Source: Sandaracinaceae bacterium (GTDB taxonomy: Bacteria; Myxococcota_A; Polyangia; Polyangiales; Sandaracinaceae). From it: a stretch of 64,000 bases of DNA. Positions 42,827-52,347 of the stretch are shown here, piece by piece (position 1 is the first letter of the stretch; each line of letters begins with the position of its first letter). The position numbers and the translations under genes are program-made. The stretch is taken from NCBI GenBank assembly GCA_044220955.1, contig JBGAQA010000007.1:65402-129401 (forward strand), written 5' to 3'. The notes below the pieces were generated by a model, which saw only the letters and a list, made by a program, of their open reading frames with translations, ran no database searches and was not told the DNA's origin.

Positions 42827-43407
42827 CCGTGCACCGTCGGACCGAGCGGAAGGTGCTGAGCGATCCCGGCCTCGCGCGCGGCGAGCGTGGCCAGTCGCGC
42901 GCGCGTCTCGGCCTGACCGAAGCGCTCCTCGGCAGCGCTGGTGAAGAGCCGGTAGTGTCGCGCCTCGCTCGCCATCAGGTCGGCGTAGAACGCGCGCAGG
43001 GACGCGTCGCCGAGCTTCTCCGAGAGCAGCTTGAAGCGCTCGCAGCTGCGCGCTTCGACGAGCGCCGACACGAGCAACCGGTCGAGCAGGGGCGGGTGGC
43101 CGCCCCGGTCCTCGTTGGCCGCTCGGCGGAGCATCACGACGTAGTCGTCCTGGTCGGGCAGGGACATCGTGCGCCCGCGCGCCCGCAGCCGGGCGTGGAC
43201 CATCCCGACGTGCTCGGCCTCTTCGGCCGCGAGCGCCAGCAGTGGCGCGACCAGGTCGGGGTGCTCTCCGCCGAAGCGCGCCGCCATCGAGAGGGCGGAC
43301 TGCGCGGCCTTGAGCTCGCAGTGCGCGTGGTCTTGGAGGAGGCGATCGAGATCGCGTTCGACGGCTTCGACCCAGGTCGGCAGCGTCGGCGTCAGCAGGC
43401 CGAGCAT
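42823..43407 (-). CDS. miaE: tRNA ms2i6A hydroxylase
   Basis: DHAHCELKAA, EEAEH, EARSCERF, SEARHY. Confidence 0.93.
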   Translation of the reverse strand: MLGLLTPTLPTWVEAVERDLDRLLQDHAHCELKAAQSALSMAARFGGEHPDLVAPLLALAAEEAEHVGMVHARLRARGRTMSLPDQDDYVVMLRRAANEDRGGHPPLLDRLLVSALVEARSCERFKLLSEKLGDASLRAFYADLMASEARHYRLFTSAAEERFGQAETRARLATLAAREAGIAQHLPLGPTVHG

Positions 43408-43514
43408 GAAAGGTGGGGGAAACTAGGCGCCATATCGAGCAGGGTCAAGGTACGCTGCCGCCCGGAGTGGCGATCATGACCCGGCGCCGTCGCGAGCTAA
43501 GGTTGGCCTAGCCG

Positions 43515-46500
43515 ATGGAGGCATCGACCGAGGAGCTGGAAGCGGAGGCCAAGCGCCTCATCGCCGAGCGACGCTACGACGAGGCGGTGCGCGCGTCGCG
43601 TCGGGCGCTGCTCGTGGCGCCCGAGAACGTCCCGCTCCGCGTGCTGCTGGGCGAGGCGCTCCTGGCCCAGGAGAAGTACGACGAGACGCGCGTCGAGATG
43701 CTCGCGCTCACGCGCCGCCATCCGCAGGAGGCGAGCGCCCACCGCATCCTCGGCGAGGCGTATCTCCGCGTCGGCCACATGGACAAGGCCCGCGAGTCCC
43801 TCGAGCAGGCCAGCGTGCGGGGCGACGTCGCGGCGGCGGATCTCCTGCGCGAGGCCGAGGGGGAAGCTTTCGTCGAGTCGAGCACGATCGAGCGCTGGTT
43901 CGGGGGCGACGAGCCCAAGACCATCGAGACGGGTCTGCCGCCCATCGAGGAGGAGGCGACCCCGCCACCTCGCCGAGCACCGACGGGGCCGGCCGAGCCT
44001 TCGATCCAGATCGATCCGGCGTTCGCGCAGGAGGCGGCGCCGTTCGCGAAGCTCGACGACCCGGGCGGCGACACGCTGCCCGGTAGCTCCGACATGACCC
44101 AGCCGATGCCGCGGATGCCGGGGTTGGTCGTCGCGCCGCCCGAGGGGCTCAAGGCGCTGCTCGCGAAGGCGCGTCCGAGCGAGGTGCCGGCGGGACCGAA
44201 GAAGGCGTTCGTCGTGCCCCCGCCCGCGCGCGTGGGCGAGCCGCCCCCGAGGAGCGGTCTTGCCCCGAAGACGGCCTCGCCCACATCGAGCGGGGAGAGC
44301 GTCACGCACGTCGCGCGCCCCGGCGTGATCGCCAAGCCGCCAGCGGCGAGTTGGCAGAAGAGCGCGCCACCTTCGGCGGGTCCGCCCTCCGGTCTGAAGC
44401 GCTCGACGCTCCAGGGCGCACCCTCGCCGCTGCCGAAGACTCCCTTGGCCGGGCCGCCTCCGTCCCGCTCGAGCTCCGCGTTCGCTACGCCCTCGAGCGT
44501 CGATCCCATCAAGAGCGCTGCGGCCGCCAGCGCGTTCGGGTCCAGCACGCGCAAGCGGCCGACGCTCCAGGGCGCGCCGAGCCCCCTCGCCGCGCCGCCG
44601 CCCTCGGGCAAGCTCGCGCCCGGTCACGTCGACGATCCAGGCGACCGCGCCCGTACGAACGAGCTGCGCGTCGACCTCGAGACCACGGATCGCGAGCGCG
44701 CGCTGCCCAAGCTCGACGACGACGACGAGGGCATGACGGAGCTCATGGGGCGCGCGCAGCGCGCGGCCGCGATCGAGGGCGTCGCGCAGGGGGCGCCGCG
44801 TCCGCACGCGCCGCCTCCCCACGCGCCGCGTCCGCACGCGCCGCCTCCCCACGCGCCGCCTCCCCACGCTGCTCCGGCGCATCCGCCGGCGCCGTCGTAT
44901 GCCGCGCCGCGCGCGAAGAAGCCGACCCTCATGGGCGTGCCTCCGCCCGCGATCCCCGCGCCCGCGCCCGCAGTCGCCCGCCCGATGGCCCCGAGCGCCG
45001 CGCCACCCCCGCCGCGATCGGCTCCGGCGACGCTGCGGCCCGCCGCCCCAGCGGTCCTGCCCCAGACCCAGCCCGAGATCTCGGCGCCCGCGGCGTCGCA
45101 CCACGGGCATGCCGCGCCGCCCCCGCCGCGGCCCAGCGCGCTGCCGCGGCCGACACCGCCGCCGCCCCATCCGCCCCCGGTCCCTCACGCGTCGCACGCG
45201 CCGCCGGCGTCCGCGCCGATCGTCCGTCCCGTCGCGCCCGGACAGACGGGCGCGCTGACGCGCCGCATGGACGAGCTCCCGACCGACCCGCGCAAGCACG
45301 CGCGCAGCCGCGCCGGCGAGACGACGGCGTCGAGGCGGATCGGTGGCGGTCAGATGTGGGCGGTCGTCGGCGCCGTCGCCGTCCTCGTCGTCGTCCTCGT
45401 GATCGGCGGCATCATCGTCGTCCGGCGGCAGAACGCGCGCGCGCTCGCCGAGGGCGTCGAGCGTGCGAGTGACGAGGGGCGCCGCGCCGACCTCGCGGAC
45501 GTCCTCGTGCGGCTCGAGGGTGAGGACGCACCCGACGCGATCGCCCTGCGCGCGCGCCTGCTCGCCACGCGCGCGGTGGAGCTGGGAATCGGTGACACTG
45601 CCGATGCGGAGATGGAGCTGGTCGCGCTCGACACCGCCGGAGGCGCGCTGCTCGACGCACGGATCGCGCGCGCGCTCGTCGTGCTCGCGCGCGGCCAGGC
45701 GGACCAGGCGGCGACCCTTCTCTCCGGTGTCGAGGGGAGCGGGGTCACGCTCGCAGAGGCGCTGCACGTTCAGGCGCTCTCGCTCGAGGCGCTCGGCCAG
45801 CTGTCGGACGCGCGGACGGCCGCGATGCAGGCCGCCACCCTCAGGCCGACGGGTGGGCGGCACGCGGCGCTCGTGGCGCGGCTCGATCTCGCCCTCGGTG
45901 ACACCCAGGCGGCGGTCGCGGCGCTCGCCATCCCGGGCGCCGACGGCTCGCCGCTGGTCCACCTCGTGCGTGGTCGGATCGCGCTCGGCGCGGGCGATGC
46001 CGACACGGCGGAGGCCGAGGCGCAGGCCGTCCTCGTCACGCTGCTCGACGCTGCGAGCCCCCGCGACGTCGCCGGCGCGCACGTGCTGCGTGCACGCGCG
46101 GCGATCCTGCGCGGAGATTCTCCGGCGGCGCGCGCCGCCCTCGACGCGGCCGACCCGCTCCGTAGCCCCACGGACGAGGGCGCAGCGCTCGACGTCGCCG
46201 AGGGCTACCTCGACGCTGGCGCCCCGGACGTCGCCGCGCGGGTGATCGCGACCTTGCCGGTGCAGACGACGGCGCCCGCGCGACGCGCGAGCGTCGTGGT
46301 GCGCGCGGCGCTCGCCGCGAACGACGTCGCGCGCGCAGACGCCGCGCTCGCGTCGCTGGGCCCGGGCGCGGCGACGGACCTGCTGCGTGCGCAGGTGCGA
46401 GATGCCGAGGGCCGGGGCGAGGAGGCACGCATGCTCTACGAGCAGGCGGCGGCCGACCCCGCGCACGCGATGGAGGCCCGCACGCGCGAGGGCGAGCTCC

Positions 46501-47642
46501 TGGTCCGCATGGGCCGCCCCGCCGACGCGCGGCTCGTGCTCGACCAGGTGCTCCGTGCCGCGCCGAGCGACGCTCACGTGGCGGAGATCTTCGTGCGCAT
46601 CGCGCTCGCGACGGGCGACGTGGCGAGCGCGGAGTCGGCCCTCGCGCCGGCGCTGGCCGCGCACCCCGAGTCGACGGCACTCCGCGGCGCCCACGCGCGC
46701 GTCCTCTTGCGTCGCGGTCACGCCGCCGAGGCGATGACGGAGCTGCAGGCGGTCACGGCAGCCGCCCCGTCGGACCGCGAGCTGGAGGAGACCCTGGCGG
46801 AGGCGGCGCTGGCGAGCGGCAACCGGTCCGTCGCGCAGACCGCGTACGAGTCGGCGCTCCGGATCCAGCCGAGCGCGAGCGCGCACCTCGGCCTCGCGTC
46901 TTTGCTCGCGGAGGACGCGCGCTTCGACGAGGCCCTCACGCACGTCGCGAGCGCCGAGGCCCTCGGTCCCGCGAGCGCGCCGGCGGTCGCGCGCATCCGC
47001 GCTTCGATCTCGGTGCTCCGCGGGCTCGGGGCGAGCGGCCTCGTGGCAGCGCGGGCCGCGACGGACGCGTCGAGCCGGGACGCGGTTCTATGGGCGTACC
47101 GCGCCGCGCTGGAGTGTCAGGCGGAGAGCTTCGACGACGCCACGGACTCCGTCGCGCGTGCGCTCCGCCTCGACCCGAACCAGCCGGAGGCGCTCCTGGT
47201 GAGATCGCTGCTCGCGATCGAGGACGGCGATCTGGGCGGCGCCGCGCGCGCGGTCGATCGCGCCGAGCGGAGCGCGACGACGCGCGGACTGCCGCCCTCG
47301 TTCGCGGCGCGCGTCGCGGCGCTGCGCGGACGGCTCCGCTTCGAGGCGGGTGACGAGCCCGGCGCGGAGCGGCTCGCGACGGAGGCCGTCCGGCTCGACG
47401 CCCGCTCGGGCCTCGCGCACCTCCTGCTCGCCGACGTCGCGATCGCGAACCGCGGCGATCCCGTCCCCGAGCTACGCCTCGCCGCGTCCGGCACCGGCGC
47501 GCCGCCCGAGGCCCTCGGTCGCCTGGCGATGCGCCTCGGCACCGGCGCCGAAGCGTGCGAGTTCGGGCGCGTCTACGTCGAGCGCGCGCCGACCGGCTAC
47601 GACCGCGACGAGGTCGACGACGTGCTGCGGCACTGCCGCTGA
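43515..47642 (+). CDS. Large single-pass membrane protein: N-terminal TPRs, Pro-rich linker, TM helix, long C-terminal TPR array
   Basis: TPR-like helices (LLGEALL, AHRILGEAYL); ~450-aa Pro-rich region; TM WAVVGAVAVLVVVLVIGGIIVV; many A/L-rich TPR units. Confidence 0.8.
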   Translation: MEASTEELEAEAKRLIAERRYDEAVRASRRALLVAPENVPLRVLLGEALLAQEKYDETRVEMLALTRRHPQEASAHRILGEAYLRVGHMDKARESLEQASVRGDVAAADLLREAEGEAFVESSTIERWFGGDEPKTIETGLPPIEEEATPPPRRAPTGPAEPSIQIDPAFAQEAAPFAKLDDPGGDTLPGSSDMTQPMPRMPGLVVAPPEGLKALLAKARPSEVPAGPKKAFVVPPPARVGEPPPRSGLAPKTASPTSSGESVTHVARPGVIAKPPAASWQKSAPPSAGPPSGLKRSTLQGAPSPLPKTPLAGPPPSRSSSAFATPSSVDPIKSAAAASAFGSSTRKRPTLQGAPSPLAAPPPSGKLAPGHVDDPGDRARTNELRVDLETTDRERALPKLDDDDEGMTELMGRAQRAAAIEGVAQGAPRPHAPPPHAPRPHAPPPHAPPPHAAPAHPPAPSYAAPRAKKPTLMGVPPPAIPAPAPAVARPMAPSAAPPPPRSAPATLRPAAPAVLPQTQPEISAPAASHHGHAAPPPPRPSALPRPTPPPPHPPPVPHASHAPPASAPIVRPVAPGQTGALTRRMDELPTDPRKHARSRAGETTASRRIGGGQMWAVVGAVAVLVVVLVIGGIIVVRRQNARALAEGVERASDEGRRADLADVLVRLEGEDAPDAIALRARLLATRAVELGIGDTADAEMELVALDTAGGALLDARIARALVVLARGQADQAATLLSGVEGSGVTLAEALHVQALSLEALGQLSDARTAAMQAATLRPTGGRHAALVARLDLALGDTQAAVAALAIPGADGSPLVHLVRGRIALGAGDADTAEAEAQAVLVTLLDAASPRDVAGAHVLRARAAILRGDSPAARAALDAADPLRSPTDEGAALDVAEGYLDAGAPDVAARVIATLPVQTTAPARRASVVVRAALAANDVARADAALASLGPGAATDLLRAQVRDAEGRGEEARMLYEQAAADPAHAMEARTREGELLVRMGRPADARLVLDQVLRAAPSDAHVAEIFVRIALATGDVASAESALAPALAAHPESTALRGAHARVLLRRGHAAEAMTELQAVTAAAPSDRELEETLAEAALASGNRSVAQTAYESALRIQPSASAHLGLASLLAEDARFDEALTHVASAEALGPASAPAVARIRASISVLRGLGASGLVAARAATDASSRDAVLWAYRAALECQAESFDDATDSVARALRLDPNQPEALLVRSLLAIEDGDLGGAARAVDRAERSATTRGLPPSFAARVAALRGRLRFEAGDEPGAERLATEAVRLDARSGLAHLLLADVAIANRGDPVPELRLAASGTGAPPEALGRLAMRLGTGAEACEFGRVYVERAPTGYDRDEVDDVLRHCR
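44793..44867 (+). repeat. 15-bp tandem repeat x5 encoding AP(R/P)PH
   Basis: Units GCGCCGCGTCCGCAC and GCGCCGCCTCCCCAC. Confidence 0.9.
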
Positions 47643-47698
47643 GGCCGGACGCGAGCGGCGGCGTTGCGAGATACGTGCGGGTCGCCTAGCTTTCCGTC

Positions 47699-47926
47699 GT
47701 GGACGACGCGACACGCATCACGATCGACCCCGCCAAGCGCGGCGGCAAGCCCTGCGTCCGCGGTCTTCGGATCACCATGTACGACGTGCTCGAGTACCTC
47801 GCGTCCGGGATGAACGAGCAGGAGATCCTGCTGGATCTCCCCGACCTCGAGCCCGACGACATCCGTGCATGCCTGGCGTTCGCGGCCGATCGCGAGCGGC
47901 GCCTCTTCGTCGTGCCCGCGGCGTGA
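47699..47926 (+). CDS. DUF433 antitoxin (VapB45-like)
   Basis: RITIDPAKRGGKPCVRGLRIT, EILLDLPDLEPDDIRACLAFAA. Confidence 0.92.
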   Translation: MDDATRITIDPAKRGGKPCVRGLRITMYDVLEYLASGMNEQEILLDLPDLEPDDIRACLAFAADRERRLFVVPAA

Positions 47927-48110
47927 AGCTCCTCCTCGATCAAAACCTCGCGCCTCGCCTGGTCACGTTGCTGGCGGATCTCTCTCCGGGGTCGAGGCAC
48001 GTTCGCGAGGTCGGCTCGCTGCGGCGACCGACGCGGAGGTCTGGAGCTACGCGAAGACGCACGGTTCGCGATCGTGTCGAAGGACGCCGACTTCCGGCAG
48101 CGGAGTCGTG
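47923..48110 (+). pseudogene. DUF5615/VapC45-like PIN toxin, frameshifted and truncated
   Basis: MKLLLDQNL...HVREVG, then LAAATDAEVWSYAKTHG, then IVSKDADFRQRS, in three different frames. Confidence 0.8.
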
Positions 48111-48122
48111 CGCCCGAGGACG

Positions 48123-48359
48123 CTACCCGTCGCGACGGCGGTAGTGCGAGAGACCGCTGCCGGTCGGTCCGAGCGGCGGCGGCGGCTCGCTCCTGTTGCG
48201 TCGCCAGCGATAGAACGCGCTGGAGTCGACGCCGATGTCGGGATCGTCGAGCGCATGCAGCGCCTCGTCCGAGATCGGCCAGCCCTCGACCGAGACGTCG
48301 TGGATGCGCCGTCCGCGCACCTCGCCCGCGTGCTTCACCTTCGCCGTGTGCTTCACCAT
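48123..48359 (-). CDS. Small hypothetical protein (78 aa)
   Basis: GGGAGG RBS 5 nt before the ATG; occupies an otherwise empty gap. Confidence 0.5.
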   Translation of the reverse strand: MVKHTAKVKHAGEVRGRRIHDVSVEGWPISDEALHALDDPDIGVDSSAFYRWRRNRSEPPPPLGPTGSGLSHYRRRDG

Positions 48360-48475
48360 CGCGACCTCCCAAGTCACGAAGCGCCACGAAGTCAGGTCAG
48401 TCGAAGCGTCGGAAGCAGGCCAAGGCTCGGATGTAGACCAAGGTACAGAGGTCGAGCCGCGAAAGCGAGGGGGGG

Positions 48476-49447
48476 TCAGGGCGAGAGGCGCTCGCGCAGG
48501 GCCCTGAGCGCACGGGAGGGAAGTCCGCGCACCTCGGCGTCCCGGACGTACTCGCCGAGCAAGAGCAGCGTCTGCGCGCGCACCTTGAGGAAGTGCACGC
48601 GGAGGTACGCCTCGAGATCGAAGGGCGCGACTCGGGCGGCCAGGCGCGCGCCCAGGCGCGTCACCCAGGCGCGCAGCGCGATTCGTGCCAACGGCGTCCG
48701 GACCTCGATGCGCGCGCAGGCGATTGCCAGGGCCTCGCGGCTCGCCTCGGCCGCGAGCGCGGCGATCGGGCGCGTCCCGAGCCTCGAGAGCGACCAACCG
48801 GCGACCTCGAGCGCCGCGACGTGCGGCAAGAGCACCGCGGATCCACGGGCGAGCGACACCGTGACTTCCGCGCGCGACGCCGGGCAGCCGCCCCGACGCA
48901 GCGCTGCGATCACCTCGCCGGACCGCGGGCCCTCGAAGCCGCTCGCTCCGAGGGGCGGCAGCAAGTACGCGTAGCCCGGCGGCGTCGCCACCTCGCGCGC
49001 GTCTGCCGAGCCCTCGAGCGGCGCGTGCCAGCTGGCCATCGCGATCGCACCGCGCACCCGCCTCCGCTCGTCCGGCACGAGCGCCCTCATCCGGTCGAGC
49101 GCGTCACCGCCTGGCTGCAAGAACACCACGATCGCGCGCGGGCACGCCGCGACGAGACCCGCGAGCCAAGGCTCGGTGAGCGCATCGGTCGCGGTGGCCA
49201 CCCAGACCTGGTCGGGATCGAAGCTGCGCACCTCGGCCTCGCTCGCGACGACGCTCTCGGGCACGAACGTGCGCGTCGCTCTCGGGCGCCGCATCGAGAC
49301 GCGGGTCAGTGCGTAGCCGGCCTGAGCCTCCTGGCGGCGACGCTCGCGCACGAAGAGCGCGACCGAGGCGCCGCCCTGCGCGAGGTGCGCGCCGTACACG
49401 AGACCGACCGCCCCCGCGCCGATCACGAGCACGCGTGTCGAGGTCAT
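48476..49447 (-). CDS. Ketopantoate reductase (ApbA/PanE)-like Rossmann protein
   Basis: VLVIGAGAVGLVYG, LFVR, VFLQPG. ATGA overlap with the kinase stop. Confidence 0.7.
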   Translation of the reverse strand: MTSTRVLVIGAGAVGLVYGAHLAQGGASVALFVRERRRQEAQAGYALTRVSMRRPRATRTFVPESVVASEAEVRSFDPDQVWVATATDALTEPWLAGLVAACPRAIVVFLQPGGDALDRMRALVPDERRRVRGAIAMASWHAPLEGSADAREVATPPGYAYLLPPLGASGFEGPRSGEVIAALRRGGCPASRAEVTVSLARGSAVLLPHVAALEVAGWSLSRLGTRPIAALAAEASREALAIACARIEVRTPLARIALRAWVTRLGARLAARVAPFDLEAYLRVHFLKVRAQTLLLLGEYVRDAEVRGLPSRALRALRERLSP

Positions 49448-51081
49448 GGACCGGGAACCGCGCCGTGCGTCCCCAGCCAGTGCAGCGCGAGCCATCCGAG
49501 CACCGTCCCGAGCAGGATCGTCCCCAGGACCGCGAGCGCGATCCCGCAGCCCCACAACACGCGCGACGCCGCCGACGGGGGCGGCGTCTCCGGTGCGCGC
49601 GGCTTCGTGCGCGAGGCCGCGCTGCGCGCCTGCTTGCTCGCGTCGAGCTGCGCGGCGATCACGGCGCGATCGCTGGCGTTCGGGGGCGTGAACGCGTGCG
49701 CGGGCGCCATCGCCTGTGGCGGAACCTGGGCCGAGGGTGGCAGCGCCAGGCGCGTCTGCGCGATGTCGTGCACGCCTGGCGGCGCTTGCGGTCCGACGAT
49801 CACGGTGGCCGGCGACACGCCAGGCGTGGCCGCCGTCGTCACGCCGGGCGGAGCCAGCGAGGGCGCGCTCACGGGCGCGATCGCGACGTGCGGCGGCGGC
49901 GGCTCCGCCGGAGCGAGGCCCATCCCGTACGCCGTCGGCGCGCCGCGGACCGGCGCGGCCGCAGGCCGGGGGGGCTCGCGCGGCGCAGGCGCGGCGGCGG
50001 GCGGTGGCGTCTTCTCGTGGTCTTCGTCATCGGGCTCGAGCGAAGGCACGACCACCGTCAGCGCCGCCTCCTGCTGCGCCTGACCGATCGCGAGCGGCTG
50101 ACGCACGACCACGGCGGGCGGGAGCGTCCGGGCGTCCTTGGCGAGCTCGTCGGCGAGGACCGTACGCAAGAGGCTCGCGAGCTCCGCCTCGTCGACCCGC
50201 TGCGCCGCCGGATACGCGCCCAGCAGCGCGTTGCGGAAGGCGAGCGCGGTCTGGAAGCGCTCCTCCGGCGAGGGCGCGAGCGCGGTCAGCGCGACGCCGT
50301 CGAGCTCGGGCGCGACCCCGGGGTTCAGGCGGCTCGGTGGCGGCAGCTTGGGGGCGAGCACCAGCCGCACGAGCTCCGCGTCGGTGCGCGCGGAGAAGGC
50401 CTTCCGGTACGTCAGCATCTCCCAGAGCACGATGCCGAGCGCGTACACGTCCGTGCGCCGGTCGACCGCGCGTCCGGCCGCCTGCTCGGGTGCCATGTAG
50501 CGCAGCTTGCCCTTCAAGAGGCCCTTGGCCGTCTGGTGCACGCGCCCGGCGGCCTTGGCGATGCCGAAGTCGATCAGCTTCACGCCGCCGCCGTAGGAGA
50601 TCAGGATGTTCTGCGGCGTGACGTCCCGGTGCACGATTCCGAGCGGCTCGCCGCGCTCGTCCTTCGTCTCGTGCGCGGCGTGCAGCCCCGCCGCGACGGC
50701 CGCGACGATGTTCACGATCACCTCGTGCTTCAGCGCGCGCTGCTTCTCGGCGAGGCGGCGCACGAAGAGCTGCAGCGGCGCGCCGTGCAGGTACTCCATC
50801 ACCATGTAGTAGAGGCCGCCGGCCTCGCCCGTGGCCTCCACGCGCACGACGTTCGCGTGGTGGATGCGCGAGCTCAGGCGAGCCTCGTCGAGGAACATCT
50901 GCACGAACTGCGGCTCGTCCGCGAACTTCGGGTGGACGACCTTGATCGCGACGTAGCTCGAAGCTGGCGGGTCCACGCGGCGACCGAGGTACACCGCCGC
51001 CATGCCGCCGCTCGTCAAGGGCGAGACGATCTCGTAGGCGCCGAGCCGCAGCCCAGCCGGAAGCGCGTGCGCGCCCGTCAC
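49444..51081 (-). CDS. Hanks-type Ser/Thr protein kinase with C-terminal TM anchor
   Basis: SGGMAAVY, VAIK, HRDVTPQN, IDFGIA, YMAPE, DVYALG. Confidence 0.95.
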   Translation of the reverse strand: MTGAHALPAGLRLGAYEIVSPLTSGGMAAVYLGRRVDPPASSYVAIKVVHPKFADEPQFVQMFLDEARLSSRIHHANVVRVEATGEAGGLYYMVMEYLHGAPLQLFVRRLAEKQRALKHEVIVNIVAAVAAGLHAAHETKDERGEPLGIVHRDVTPQNILISYGGGVKLIDFGIAKAAGRVHQTAKGLLKGKLRYMAPEQAAGRAVDRRTDVYALGIVLWEMLTYRKAFSARTDAELVRLVLAPKLPPPSRLNPGVAPELDGVALTALAPSPEERFQTALAFRNALLGAYPAAQRVDEAELASLLRTVLADELAKDARTLPPAVVVRQPLAIGQAQQEAALTVVVPSLEPDDEDHEKTPPPAAAPAPREPPRPAAAPVRGAPTAYGMGLAPAEPPPPHVAIAPVSAPSLAPPGVTTAATPGVSPATVIVGPQAPPGVHDIAQTRLALPPSAQVPPQAMAPAHAFTPPNASDRAVIAAQLDASKQARSAASRTKPRAPETPPPSAASRVLWGCGIALAVLGTILLGTVLGWLALHWLGTHGAVPGP

Positions 51082-51121
51082 CCGTCCTCAGTATCCCGAC
51101 GCCGAGGAAACTGGAAGCGAA

Positions 51122-52270
51122 TCAGTGTGTGGTCGCGAAGATCTCGCGCTCGACGGCCTGCACCTCGGCACCCTTCGACGTGTCTGCGCTCATGAAGTCC
51201 TTGTCCGCGTGGTTCTTCCGCGTGGCCCGGCAGTACGCGTTGAAGACGTCGTTGTAGAAGTCGGCCTGCTTGACCGAGGCTCCCTCGTCGAGGAAGCCGG
51301 ACTTCACCGAGAGGTTCGCGATCTTGCGCATGACCGAGCCGGCGAAGTCGAACGCGTCGATGCCCAGCACCGCGAAGTGCGGCTCGAGCAGCATCACCAG
51401 CGGTAGCGTCGGCAGGGCCATCGCGACACGCCGGACCTTGCCGCGCACGCTGCGCATGTCGCGCGCGCTCATCGGGAACTCGCGGAAGTAGTTCGTGGGC
51501 AGCGCCGTGTGCCGCGACTCGTCGAGGTGGAAGAGGCGCAGCACGTCGAGCCCCGGCAGGGACGCGAGCACGCCGAAGATGCTCAGCGCGATCGTCTCGA
51601 CCAGCACGTTCATGCCGAAGAACTTGTCGAGCCCCTCCGCCTTCAAGACGCTCTCGAGGAGCAGGTACTCCCACGCCGACTGCCGCGGCATCTCCACGCC
51701 GAAGGCTGCGATGAGCTCGCGCATCACGACGAAGTGCTTCGCCTCCTCGAGCACCTGCATGGTGAGCGCGGCGCGCGCGCCCGTGCCGCGTACCTCGCCG
51801 AGCAGGCTTGCCGAGACGAGCCAGGCATAGGCCTCGCCGTGCCCGATGGCCGCGAGGATCGCCACGATCGCCTTCTTCTGCTCGGGCGTGTACTCGCGGT
51901 CGAGCATCGCCCGGAACTCGGCGCTCGTGATCTTCGCCCGTGCGGTCTTGCGGGGGTCGTCGAGTTGTTGCTCGACCTCCTCGAGCATCGCGCGCTCCGC
52001 GTCGGTCATGTCGTGGAAGGTCGACCACGGAGCGGCCTTCTCGGCCTTCCAGAGCAAGCGCAGGCTCTTGTCGTAGTGCTTGCGGCGCATCTCGTCCGCG
52101 GGGCCGCCGAGGAACTCGTAGCGAAGGTCGTCGTAGGGGGCGGCGCGGCCACGCAGTCCGACGCGCGCACGCAGCGCGTCTCGCGCGCGCAGCGTCCGGT
52201 TGGCGATCGCTTCGAACGTCTCGTTCAGGCGGGTCGCGCGAGCGTTCACGGGGAGCTTCGTGATCTGCAT
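51122..52270 (-). CDS. Ferritin-like di-iron carboxylate protein
   Basis: E-x29-ExxH (GEAYA...EEAKH) and E-x25-ExxH (VETIA...DESRH); GGAGG RBS. Confidence 0.8.
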   Translation of the reverse strand: MQITKLPVNARATRLNETFEAIANRTLRARDALRARVGLRGRAAPYDDLRYEFLGGPADEMRRKHYDKSLRLLWKAEKAAPWSTFHDMTDAERAMLEEVEQQLDDPRKTARAKITSAEFRAMLDREYTPEQKKAIVAILAAIGHGEAYAWLVSASLLGEVRGTGARAALTMQVLEEAKHFVVMRELIAAFGVEMPRQSAWEYLLLESVLKAEGLDKFFGMNVLVETIALSIFGVLASLPGLDVLRLFHLDESRHTALPTNYFREFPMSARDMRSVRGKVRRVAMALPTLPLVMLLEPHFAVLGIDAFDFAGSVMRKIANLSVKSGFLDEGASVKQADFYNDVFNAYCRATRKNHADKDFMSADTSKGAEVQAVEREIFATTH

Positions 52271-52315
52271 GCAGCCTCCGGGGGGACGTCTTCGTTGTCC
52301 GGGACGGCGGGAGCT

Positions 52316-52339
52316 GCGGGTTGATGCGCGTCAACCCGC
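52316..52339. promoter_or_regulatory. Palindrome with FNR/CRP-family box core
   Basis: GCGGG-TTGATGCGCGTCAA-CCCGC; the core matches TTGAT-N4-ATCAA at 9 of 10 positions. Confidence 0.5.
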
Positions 52340-52347
52340 GCGAGTCG

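Noticed and set aside
41028..44867. Periodic repeats as a CRISPR array
   Set aside because: They are in-frame coding repeats without unique spacers, and no cas genes are present.
47643..48475. Mobile element around the toxin-antitoxin pair
   Set aside because: No transposase, integrase, terminal inverted repeats or target-site duplication found.
51122..52270. AurF-type N-oxygenase call
   Set aside because: The extra His in FHLDESRH is three residues before the Glu, not four as in AurF, and there is no biosynthetic cluster context.
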